The position numbers and the translations under genes are program-made. A stretch of DNA of 62,554 bases, counting the filler, from Choristocarpus tenellus KU-1152 (Eukaryota > Protista > Phaeophyceae), in assembly GCA_964200185.2 (NCBI GenBank). It is 13 parts of 13 records of this genome, joined end to end, with 100 filler letters (N's around TTAATTAATTAA, not from the genome) between each part and the next. Parts side by side here need not be neighbours in the genome. Positions count along the whole stretch, not along the records: positions 21,135 to 25,304 come from CAXNAD020015864.1; positions 25,405 to 30,533 come from CAXNAD020011783.1; positions 30,634 to 33,151 come from CAXNAD020027140.1; positions 33,252 to 37,130 come from CAXNAD020017414.1; 9 more parts are not named here. One strand, given 5' to 3'. This document shows positions 24,991-36,099 of the stretch, piece by piece; the first letter of the stretch is position 1, and each line of letters starts with the position of its first letter. The notes under the pieces were generated by a model that saw nothing but the letters and a program-made list of their open reading frames with translations, ran no database searches and was not told where the DNA came from.

Positions 24991-27430
24991 CTTGTAATGC
25001 AAAACAGCCAGACCTGGTTACCTCTCTCTTACCTTGGCTCGGACACAAATCTGACCCCTGTCTATACTATGAGAATTAAACATCAACTGAAAACAAAAAA
25101 ATCACCATGAGAAGTGAGGAATCAACTCAAATTGTTACCCAAAGAACTCATCATAAAAACGAGGATGGCATAAACTCGAAGACAAGAAACATAACATCAT
25201 AGAATAAAGGATACAAGCCATGTATACACTGTTCGATTAGAATCTTGCAACTCTATCGGACAGTTACGGTAAAATATGTATGGAGTAATGGAACAATCAA
25301 TTAGNNNNNNNNNNNNNNNNNNNNNNNNNNNNNNNNNNNNNNNNNNNNTTAATTAATTAANNNNNNNNNNNNNNNNNNNNNNNNNNNNNNNNNNNNNNNN
25401 NNNNCCCCGCCCCAGATACTTTGGGTCAATGCCAAGACTGAGTTTGGTTCCATATGTCCCTCCTATCCCACCTGTGTACGCACCAAAGTTACCAAACAAA
25501 CCACTGACTTGAATCAAGAGTACTACAAGGTTGGATTGCTTCACACAGAAAAATTGAAGAAAAAAACAAGAAGGCGTTATCGTTTGAGGTTATCTATGTT
25601 AGAAGGATGGATGGAATCCAAGATTCCTACATTATGTAGTAACTGACAGGCAGATTGAGTCTCCCATTCCATCTATACAAAGTTTCATGTTTGTATAGTG
25701 TACTGTATAGTGTACTGTACCCTGGTGGATAGTGTGTCTCGTGTGGGCATTCACCAAAACAGATGGGTTTCAACATATTTTACAGGTGTTTTCGTAACAG
25801 GCAAGGCCCACAGCCATGCCCTTCCTTTATCTGCTCAGCAAGCAGGCGAAAAAAGGGTCAGGCATGCTGAAGCCTGACGTACTTACTGCAACTCCCCTAA
25901 GATGCACACGTTCAAACACACACACACACACACACACACAAAGCATACATCTAGAATACTTGCATCAATCCCACTCTGCAGTGGACTTTTGTCCCTTTCC
26001 CCTCACCCTATAGACACTCTCTCCTTCGTTACCTCTGTGTTAAATTCCGCCATATGTACGTATGCATGTGAGGCATCAAGCTTCAAAATAACACTCAGGC
26101 GATACAATATACAATATACAGTACCTGCCACCCTAATCTCTCCATCACCACTCTGCGGTGTGCGGACGAGGACCCCAGCACAACCGGTAGCGAGCTCGGT
26201 GAAGGTCGGGGTGAAACCGTCAGCTCCGGCCAGGCGCTGAAGAAGGCCCTTTTATCACCCTGAGTACCCTCTGTCTGCTCCGAGGCAGTGCCATTTTCAC
26301 AATTTAACTGCTGTGTGAGTGGCTTGTTTGCCGAAGGAAAAGAGAGTCATCGATCACCCATGCGAGGTCAGAAAGGAGGTCAGGACGGGGAATGTTCAGT
26401 TGGTCTGAAAAAAGTAACACTTGAGTGTACTGAGTTATCTGTATTGCCCAGTTGTAACCGTGGACATTCCTCGATCCTGGCCATGATATTCAAATACCGA
26501 GAAGTGTAATCAGTGGGACAAACATGACAATCCTGGGACAGACATGACAATCCTGGCCATGATAACCACTCATGAACGAGCGAACAGATGCAAAATCTGT
26601 GATTGCAAGAATTTAAAGCAGAGAGAGGTGCACAGTGTGAAAATAACCAGCGGTATTGTTGTCCCACCCACATTGCACATCGCTTCTACAGGCCGCCCAT
26701 TCGAGGCCCACCCTCCAAAAACAGTAGTCCCCAAAGATATTAAAAACCATAAAATAGCATGAAATTAGGGCGTAAGAGTCCTCGTGAAGATGAGGTACAT
26801 ACCCATGCCCGGGAATGTTAATGTTTTATTCCCTTCTTGAAACACATTTTGGCAAACAAACATGACATTGGTGTATTCCCCATGCTCTGGTCCATAAAGC
26901 CCAAGAACATTCAGCGCCTGTTGTTTGGAGAGTATGCATCAACAGCCATCACAGTCCTCTAGATTTAGGAAATTTCAGTGCACAAAGCCTTACGTTGAAT
27001 ATTCTTTGTGCTCACCCCTTCATCACTCTCTACTGAAGATCCACCCGAAAGGTCATCTTCACATACCTCCTCCTGAGCAATATCCATTTTTTGCCATGCT
27101 CGTGGTTGGTGAGTCTGCAAGTTGAAGTAAGATTTGAGATAGGATTGGCAGGAGTTGATCTTGCAACACGGGTAGAAATCTGCATTGAACAGATTTGCTG
27201 TCTAATCTAGTCAATGTACAAAAAATAAAGGCTATGAAGAGAAGTGCATTGCTGTAATCAAGCAGGATGAAAGTAGAGTCCAATTCTACGGCAAAGGTTG
27301 GATTACATCATATTTTTGATGGTTCATTTCGCACTGTAATTGCTCATAAAGCATCACCCGCAGCAAGATGGTTCCTATCACTAATCACACCCCCACTCCA
27401 GCACTAGTCAGAGATACTTGTCTGTTTTCT

Positions 27431-27685
27431 CTACCTAGAACGCGTAAAAGTACCACCATTTTCGCATAGACTAACCGGTCGACGTCCTGTGGTATTGGAA
27501 TCTGAGTGAGACCGTATCTTCGTTCCCAACTTTTTGGAGCATGGGCTCAAGATGGTGTCCGTCGGCGACACTGGAATGACTGGAGGAGGCTTCACCACTT
27601 CTGCTACATTAGGGTCCTGGCTAAGGTGCAAGTGCTTTCCACGTGTATCTGTATTGGAAGCTCTATGCTGTAGAAACGACGTCAT
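27431..27685 (-). CDS. Small protein or exon with a Spo12-family motif
   Basis: SPTDTILSPCSKKL at 27527-27568 matches the Spo12 signature SP(T/S)DxxxSPC(S/T)xKL. Start and end are uncertain; it may splice onward at 27435. Confidence 0.6.
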   Translation of the reverse strand: MTSFLQHRASNTDTRGKHLHLSQDPNVAEVVKPPPVIPVSPTDTILSPCSKKLGTKIRSHSDSNTTGRRPVSLCENGGTFTRSR

Positions 27686-28267
27686 CACTTGCACTCCCCC
27701 AGGTGTGTGCAATTCAGAACCCTCCTCCCCTCGCCGTACCAGTTCAACTATTATGTTGAGAGATCTCTTAATCAAGTTGACAGAGGTGTGTGCGTTGGAT
27801 GTTTGTTTTTGCCACCTGGGGCTGGTCTTTAGCTCAATTCTTTCTCTCCTCCCTACCTACATATCACACCCTTCCCCTCATTTTCAAGTCGGGATGCGAC
27901 ATCGTAGTCGTGCTGTGACCTGTGAATCTATATGAGGATGGTGGTGGTGAAGTATGTTGACCCGTTTCTTTTTTGGACAATTTTTTTTCGACCGTCCGTC
28001 AACCGACCGACTAAATACCCAATGTCACTACAAAACTCCCCAAAAACTAAAAAAGCTCACGAAATCAATCAGGGAGAAAGACGAAAGGGAAAAGGAGCCG
28101 AGAAAAGGAGTGTGGCGGGTGAGGATCGTCACTCCCTGACGATCTTCCAGAACGTTCGGCTGAGAAACGGGTAGGGGGAGGTGTTTGCTTCAATTGTGTG
28201 CTTCACCTTTCCTTCTTGAAGAAAGGTATAATTCTCGTTTCAGGAGAGGCCTGCGTAAGTCGCATTG

Positions 28268-30391
28268 ATGGCTGAGGTAGTCAGCTCGTCACCATGTACC
28301 CTCGGTAAGCGTGGGGGTGATGTGCTGAGCCCCCATCACCATCAAATTTGTGGGCAGCTCGATTTCTCTTCGAAGAAGAGGCGACTAGTATGTGGGTCCC
28401 ATGTTGGTGAGTCAATCTGCACATATCCGACTGGGCGGAGATGTAGACTGTTCCCCTGGAACTCCTACCCTCATGTTCGCATTACCGTATTCTCGCTGTT
28501 TGTTTGCTGAACACTTCTTTTGTGGTAGGCTTTGGTTACATTATTTTTGATCCACACCTTAGGGGTGCTCCGTTACCAACCCCATAATACGCCTAGCCCT
28601 CATTTATGGTACTAATTGGCTGTTTATGGTTTTTTTAATAATGGTTCAGGTGCGACCGAAGCCCACCTTACTCAATCTCCGATTCACACGGCAAAACGGG
28701 CTCGCGCATCATCTCCTGGCCCGACGTCTGGTTCTGGTAGCTTTGATGGGAGAGATCTACCCGCGTTCACTCACCGCCAATTCGAAGCCTTTGCACGAGA
28801 GAAGGATGTGGAACTGGTAGCAGCCAGGAGAGAGGCAAGAGATCCTTCTTCAAGAGTGCACCACTGTGTGCTATCCTTAGTTGGCCTAGATGATGTGCAA
28901 TTATTCGCCATCATAGAGGTTGTTTGGCACTCTTTCGGACTTTCATGGCGAAATGTGTGTTAATTGTCCGAACGTGCGAGTGGTATGGTACCTTAATCTC
29001 ACCTATGATATGGCCGTCTCCAATAGCATCAACTTCACCTTCGTATCCATCCAACAGGTAGGAGCTATGCGTGATCACTTAGGAGAGAAGGAAGGGGAAC
29101 TTCAGAAGTTGCGGAATGAAAACACGAGATTAGGGGGGGGACTGGGAGCTTGCCAAAAAGAGGTGGAGCGCCTGCAGGGAGAGAATCGTATTCTAAAACG
29201 TGGTATGACAATCCAGAACAACAAGTGCAGAGAGGTATGATGTCCCTGGGATGTGGAAGGAGAGGATCAAGCTGATTGTATGTGATGTTGAGTCTTCGAT
29301 GAGTGATAGTTCTATGGATGCTGCTCTAGTCAGCGTTGTGTTCTTACTCTTTTTATTTGTAAATTAGTCTGAAGGGTTTCAGACCTGTGGTCTAAAGAAG
29401 TGTAGAAGGAAAGCAATAGAAAAAATCAGAAGAAAATGGAAGTACCAAATACAAAATATATAGCGTTCTATTTATGAGGTGTATATGATCTGTTAACCTT
29501 GCTATCATCCTCTCTCTATTATTGAGTTTATAGGCTTTGGTGCACGTTGGGATTTCTGTTCAAATAAATGGACTAAGACTTACGGGAACGCATACATGTT
29601 ATAATATTTTGTTCTGATACTGATGACAGTCAAGGAAACATTCAACAGGGTTATTAGCACAAACTTTCTCAGTTTGCTTGATCTCTCCTGTTTGGTTGAA
29701 TGATGCTGCCACGCTCAGTATTGTCTTCTTGTAGCTCGGAATTGGGTTACAGGGATGGTTGCATCTATCAAGTCCATTCAATACTCCCAATGTTAGTAGG
29801 GTGATACGTGTTTTTTGCGCACTATATGCTGCGCGCACATGTATATCTACAAATTCTGTGTCGGGGGTGCCAGTTACTCTGTGGCCATTGTACCAAGCAG
29901 AACAATGTTTGCGTCTAGAAGGTTTTTTAAGTCCTTTCATTTCACTCTGCACGGATCTCATTGATGTACCATTAAACCTCCCAAGACCCTTAAGGGAGCA
30001 ATCCTTACTTTCCAAGAATGATATTATAATGTTATGGTTCGATAAAGTGAGATCTGAAACACACAGGAAAAAATGTGATTTCAGCACAATGGGCTGCTTC
30101 TGTTTCCACCCTTTTTTTATTGCCTACTGTGATCAAATGCTCCAGTGATAGAATTGGCAGGTTGCCTTTTTTCTCGTGGTATGTTTTAATTTTTTACTCA
30201 TCTCTTGCTTCCCATGTGCCATACAGACTGAGGGGCAGCTTCATGCACTGCAGCAGGCAGCATTGCAGGCAGCAGAATACATGAAGCGCCTGGAGCAAAC
30301 CAATTATGCGCTATCGGTTCGCGTCCAGGCGATCGGCAACAGTGGTGCCAATGACTTCATGGGGGGACAGCGCCCACCAGACGTGTTCTAG
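28268..30391 (+). CDS. Conserved coiled-coil protein with C-terminal PPDVF, related to the C-terminus of plant CUE-domain proteins; 4 exons
   Basis: Exons ~28268-28406, ~28650-28835, 29058-29234 (ENRILKRGMTIQN), 30227-30391 (RLEQTNYALSVRVQ…RPPDVF*). Confidence 0.75.
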
Positions 30392-30654
30392 TCTGTTCCG
30401 ATCCCAAGAGGAGCTTCTGAATGAGGAGGGGGAGCGGGCAGAATTACGTGGGCAGGGAAGCTTGCTCCCCTGCTGTTGCAGTTTGCATGGTGTATCAAGT
30501 ATATGGGGAATATGCAGAAGGATGGGGTAGAAANNNNNNNNNNNNNNNNNNNNNNNNNNNNNNNNNNNNNNNNNNNNTTAATTAATTAANNNNNNNNNNN
30601 NNNNNNNNNNNNNNNNNNNNNNNNNNNNNNNNNCCCCCAAGATACTTTGACCCT

Positions 30655-31300
30655 TGGGGTGGTATTTGCTGAAGCACCGAGTGACCATAGTGTCTACAAT
30701 TGACCAGGTCCTGATTTCCCCATCAAATCATATCCTGTTGGAGAGTTTTCTAGGGTGGGCCAAAGCTGCAAGGAACATCACCTTCGTATTGTAACAATTA
30801 TTCTGTGCCCGCGGGGGGATGGGGGTGTTCTCAGCAGGTGCAGGTACACACCTTGCCGATCATTGGGGATGTAAAACCCACTTCTCGTCCACATACACCC
30901 ACTCATATAGATCGTCCACTAATACCCCAATTCCATCTGTCCTGTGTGTGTGGATGATGAAACCTACCCTGTTGACTTTCTGCTGGTCTGAGAGGACTGG
31001 CTCAATCCACCGCTTGAACTTCACCTTCTTGTGCTTTGCACAGATCCCACAACGAGGCAAGGGAAATCCCAGCTTTGCCCACCCATTTGCAGAAGAATAT
31101 GTGGTGTACCAATGGGACATTCCAAACGCCACAGATACTGGTCCGGCAGCCACATTACCCCTTGAGATGTCATACAAGGTCCATGCATTCACCCCATGCA
31201 ATCTGGGCTGCCATACTCCTTCAGATGATGGAACACTTCCGAAGTTCTACACAATGGCCATTGCCGTCCCCTGAGGCATCCGAAGTCTTGTGCCCTCTCA
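30655..31300 (-). mobile_element. Decayed mariner-like (plant-type, DD39D) transposase fragment
   Basis: IEPVLSDQQKVNRVGF, DDLYEWVYVDEKW, then after a frameshift TKVMFLAALAHPR and FDGEIRTWSIV, matching VHIDEKWF, KVMFLxAVARPR and FDGKIGIWPF. Confidence 0.8.
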
Positions 31301-32010
31301 CCTCCACGCATTGCACCACCATGCTGTCCTTGATTAGGGTGTTTGAGTTTTGACTCCAGAGATAGACTTTTGGGTCAAGGAATTAGGACCAACAGGCGAC
31401 GTTGGATGAGCAAGTCGCTCGAATGATGGGGGACTCAACAAATGCCCACTCTGACAATTTCACATAGATAGGTTTTTGAACCCTATCAAATGTGACTTGG
31501 TTGGCTTTGCACTGGTGATCCTCCACGGTCATGAAACCTCACCATCTCAAAGATTGTATGCCTCCCAATATTTATGAGAACTAAACCTTGTCCAAAGGGC
31601 TTAACACATGGGTCCTTCTCAGGTGAGAACACAACTTGGAAAAGCTAGTTCCATATAATTCCGAACGGGGAAAATACATACCAGAAACACTTACACTTGA
31701 ACTATCACTTCCTATTAAGGAGTAAGAGACGAAACCAATCCAAGCCAAGATGAGCAAATAGCTTGTATGGGGAGGGGGAGAGGGAGGGAAGGAAAGGGTG
31801 TAAGGAATACCACTATCCCAATGCTGATTGATAAACACTGGTTGGGAGGTACCATACAGTATTTGTGATGAGAAGGGGTATGGGGCAACTATGATTCACA
31901 TTGTGAAAATAACATATGTGTATACTATTTCAAATATCCCCTCTCCCTCAAGCAGCCCCTCCAGCTGTTGGGTAGATATCAGAACTTTATTGATCCAGAG
32001 AGGTGCACAC

Positions 32011-32788
32011 CTGAGAATCTAATTATAGCACGAGGCCTTTTCTCCTGAAGGCCAAGGGGAGACACAATTGCAGCTATCTCTTCAAGGTTGGCGCCCAAGA
32101 CAGACTGTGCATTGGGGAACTTTTTCAAGAACTCGACAAGCACTGGGTCAACCTGCGAAGATGGAGGGGATTCCAAGGGGTGCCGATCTGCCACTCTGCA
32201 GAGGGTTTTCTAGCCAAAAAACAACACAGAAACAGAGTCACCAACACAAACAATACAAAAATATCCAGAAGCAAACAGGTGGTCAGGTCTAAATGCATGT
32301 ACCTATGTGCATTCGTGCCCATGCAATAGATGCCCATACAAGTTCTTGGGACGTCAATTCATCCAACGCCCTTTCACATCCCACAGACAACGAATAACAA
32401 GCAAGGCAATGACGGGGAGTTGGTAGTAATACACACTCAAAGAACATGTGTACAATGCATTGCTCTTCCTCTTATGCACAAGGAATCTCTCTAGACAAAA
32501 AGAACCAGGTTTGAGGAGGACATTTTAGACTCACACCTGTGACCTTGTGGTCTGGTTGAGCATGATGCAGGACAGCAATAGCCGCCAAGGGTCATCTGTG
32601 AGTAACTCCTCAAGCAGGCCGAATGGACTCCAAAGTTTTGTCTCTCTTCCCAAGCCCTGCTTCTCCTTGTCCTTCACGGCCAGTTGCCTTTCCTCTCTCA
32701 GGAGGAACTTGGGCCCAGTGGTCAATGCTGCTCCCACCAAGGGAGCTAAATTGTGTTGAGGTGAAGACTTCGATGGAACAAACTTCAA
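32011..32788 (-). CDS. MBD4: MBD4-like HhH-GPD DNA glycosylase, internal exons (…-32537 and 32152-32011)
   Basis: SPFGLLEELLTDDPWRLLLSCIMLNQTTRSQ|VDPVLVEFLKKFP…SPLGLQEKRPRAIIRFS, the signature of the MBD4 glycosylase domain. Confidence 0.85.
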
Positions 32789-33251
32789 GCGATCTACTGG
32801 CCTGGAGAGCCGGGGTGAGCTCGTGTCCTTATTTACACTGCTGGATGATGCTGTAGTTGCAGTGGCAAGTCCAAGGACTCTAAGAACATAAGATACCCCT
32901 GCATGTGCTCTACCCTAATAGACGGGTAGGAGATGAGGTTGTGGTCAGCTGATAGGTTGGTCTCACGTGCATTGATCTTTGGGTATTTAGTGATCTTTCA
33001 GCATTATGCACTGCGAAACTATCCTAGGGGTACCATTGATTCTCTGCCCCACCTTGCACTCTAAGCAACACAGATATTGAATCCCTTCGTGATTAAATCT
33101 ATGGTGATGCATCAGGAGGGTGGGGGGTGGGGGCAATGGTTGAGTAGAGAANNNNNNNNNNNNNNNNNNNNNNNNNNNNNNNNNNNNNNNNNNNNTTAAT
33201 TAATTAANNNNNNNNNNNNNNNNNNNNNNNNNNNNNNNNNNNNNNNNNNNN

Positions 33252-33358
33252 CTCCAAAACAATTCGGAGTAGGTAAAATGTCAATAAAAACCCATGGGAA
33301 GCCAAGCCCCTAATGGACAAACAGGGAAAAACTCGTACCCTCTAAGATACTTTCATTC
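33252..33358 (+). mobile_element. MITE family A, right half
   Basis: Matches 15785-15890; ends TACCCTCTAAGATACTTTCATTC. Confidence 0.8.
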
Positions 33359-33519
33359 TATTGCAAAAATTAATTTACTAGAATTTTCTGTGACGCAATT
33401 TTGGCATGCCCAGCACAAGGGAAGGGAACGATCGCATAAGTTTTGAAAGAAGATGCAGGTGTTGCCAACACCACATATGTAGAAAAACCCTAACCCTCTT
33501 TCAAACAGCACACAGCACT

Positions 33520-33781
33520 GAGCCAAAGTATCTTAGAGGGTAGACCCTCGTCCATTTGGGGGGCAAAATCCAATGTTGTGATTTTGATATAATTTTGGCT
33601 GCTGTGTTTGTTAGGAAGTGTCAGTATCATTGTTCCGGACACACCTTTTCATAACATATACATTTTACCTAATCCGAAATATTTTGGACTAGGAAAATGT
33701 CATAAAAACCCCAAGGGAAGCCAAGCCCCAAACGGACAAACAGGGCAAAACTCGTACCCTAACCCTAACATACTTTCACTC
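33520..33781 (+). mobile_element. Full-length MITE family A; right TIR altered to telomere-like CCCTAACCCTAAC
   Basis: Homologous to 15634-15890; flanks CACT/AACT. Confidence 0.88.
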
Positions 33782-33804
33782 AACTCCCCCCTGTAGTTTC
33801 TCAC

Positions 33805-36099
33805 CAACTCTCTTGGCTGCCTAAATGAAGCAGCGGCACTAATTCCAGTGCCTGAAGTTTCCATCACTCTTCCCACTTCCTTTTTTATATGAAGCCGTTC
33901 CGTTAAACTCTCGAACTTGCCAAGGTGTCGGGCTTTCCTCCAGCTCGGATTCTGTGCAACGAAGAATATACCCCATCCCAAGAGCACATACTCTGCATGC
34001 ATTGTCCGAGGGTGTGTGCAACTGGCGTAAGATGTAAGTCAAGCAAGAAATTAGGTGTGGGGGATGTGGCATGAAAAGCATAACTCACATCACAAATCAA
34101 ATTTTCTCGTACAACAATACATTGTGCGAACACTTCACATAAAACAGTTTTAAATATTACTTTTCGTTCTATTGCTTTAAGTATCATATCTTGTAAATGT
34201 TCATATTTCTTTTTGCCGTCTTGATCAGGTTGATATATACGAAAATCGATTATCCAGTATCTATCTAGCTCAGGATTGTAATAAACACAATTTACAACAC
34301 CTATACCCATCACTGTATCATGTGTTGTGCCTGAATATTGCCACCTTGCTAGCTCTATTTTTTTACTGCTGCTTTTATCAAGAACTGAATATGTAATTAT
34401 TTTAAGCAACATATGATGGGCGGTCAGAACGTACTGGATTTCTCCAATCAATTGCTTCTATTAACATACTCAGCTGTGCTCTTGTTATTGACAATGATTT
34501 CTGCTCTGCTAATTTTGGCCAGGTGAATTTACCCCTGTCCAAGCATTTATAATATAAACAAAAACCTTGCGTATCCCACCATAATATTTTTATTTTATCT
34601 GCTCTTTTGCCGCGAAAGACAAACAAAGCTCCTGCACCATTCACCATGCAACATCCCCTTCCTCCTCAATGAATTGCACGTATTGGGTGGTTGATGATGA
34701 GCTTTGTGTGTGAAGGGTCAAAGTAACCCTAACCCTAACCCTAACCCTAACCCTGAAGTGTGACGATGAAACTGTAACTTCCCCGTAGAGGGGGCTCTCA
34801 GAGTGACAATAATGACTTAGTATTTGATTGAATGGAAGCAAGCTTCAATTTATAATCCGACTGGATTGTTGCTGCCAACAGGCGCAATTAATCCTTTCGG
34901 AACGCTACCTGAACAACCGGTAGCAAGGGTAAAACGTAGAATTGATACTTATTTCCGATGTGAAAGTTGTAAGTGTGAGAGTCAGCACTTACGCCAAAAG
35001 CCTCCGATGGAACCAATCACAGTTGGTACGTCCAGTGGATTGAGTTCCTCGACGCTCAGGAATGACAGATCATTCTCTTGAATGCTCAATGACATATATC
35101 CTGACGTCACCTGTGCACTAATGTTAAACGTGTCCTTTGCCTGAAACAGAATTTAGGATCAAAGTCGGTTGAGGTAGGAGTCGGCCAGGGGACTTTGACT
35201 TGGACGTAACAAACAGGAGAAAATCCTCACCACAGTAAATAGCAAGTTTACCACAATTGGCATACTACATTTGTTAGTTTGGTATGTAGTTGCAGGTGTA
35301 TTGGACAAACTCATATTCGCCTATGGATAAGCACTGGGTGGTGAGGAGGGTTTGGTGGCACAAAGGGAGAGATTGACTACATAACATTTTTTTTTTTTGT
35401 AGGAATACTGTTCGGTCAACTGCAATAAAAATCAAAGAGCACCCACTAGCACAAACCATTCAACCACTAACAACAAACTGAAGAGGGAACGAAGCCACTG
35501 GTAACAATTGCTGGGAAAGCGGGGCCATATTGAGAGGTAGCAGATATGGCACTAAAAGCAACACATACACAAATTGAATAGCCTTTCATGTTGAATCAAG
35601 CCAAAAGGTGCCAACCACGGGTAACCTCTCGTGCACCCTCTCAACCTTGAAGTATTGCTTAGTTCGAGAATATATCATGATGTACATACAATTCAACCTA
35701 GCTCTCGATCCTGAATCTTGTTACAGACCACGACAGGAAGAGGGAGAGGCTCAACAAAACCAATGTCGAAAACATTACAGCACGATAGCTTGAGCCCCTG
35801 AAAATGCAGTGTAGACATGTCGCTCATATGTTCAGAGCACCCATCCTCAGAGTGGACATGGGCGAGATTCACACATGTAGGATCCATTGTGTGAAGTCCT
35901 GATACCTGACAGACTAACCTGGTGCATCCCCCAAAGAAAAATCGGATGAGGACACACAAACCAGAACAACTGGGGCATACTTTCAACCTCAAACACAATG
36001 AAATGGCCTTACCTCTTTGGTAAAAGTACTGAGTGTATTCACATCAAAAGATGATGATGTAGATCCCTTCAAATCCTTGTATTGGGTTTTCTTGAGTGT
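33805..36099 (-). CDS. Spliced host membrane protein (IGGFW motif plus TM helix), partial
   Basis: Exons 36099-36013 (TLKKTQYKDLKG…), 35140-34993 (…EELNPLDVPTVIGSIGGFW) and 33992-33805 (QYVLLGWGIFFVA…KARHLGK) join in phase with canonical cag/gt sites. Confidence 0.65.
34139..34395 (-). mobile_element. Bacterial IS701-family transposase, internal fragment
   Basis: SVLDKSSSKKIELARWQYSGTTHDTVMGIGVVNCVYYNPELDRYWIIDFRIYQPDQDGKKK…FKTVL; AT-rich, truncated at both ends. Confidence 0.85.
34402..34641 (-). mobile_element. tnpB: Bacterial IS66 accessory protein TnpB (Orf2), 5'-truncated
   Basis: GALFVFRGKRADKIKILWWDTQGFCLYYKCLDRGKFTWP…QLSMLIEAIDW, the IS66 Orf2 signature (not the IS200/605 RNA-guided TnpB). 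Confidence 0.92.
34724..34753. repeat. Interstitial telomere-type repeat (TAACCC)5
   Basis: Five perfect units directly after GGGTCAAAG. Confidence 0.9.

Noticed and set aside
30819-31274. Plus-strand 151-aa ORF as a host exon
   Set aside because: It is antisense to the mariner transposase relic, whose motifs are on the minus strand.
33903-34451. 182-aa ORF as one protein
   Set aside because: It is a chance read-through of the IS66 tail, the IS701 fragment and host intron/exon sequence.
34402-34647. TnpB as an RNA-guided nuclease (Fanzor/OMEGA)
   Set aside because: The sequence is IS66 Orf2, which shares only the name; no RuvC or zinc-ribbon motifs are present.
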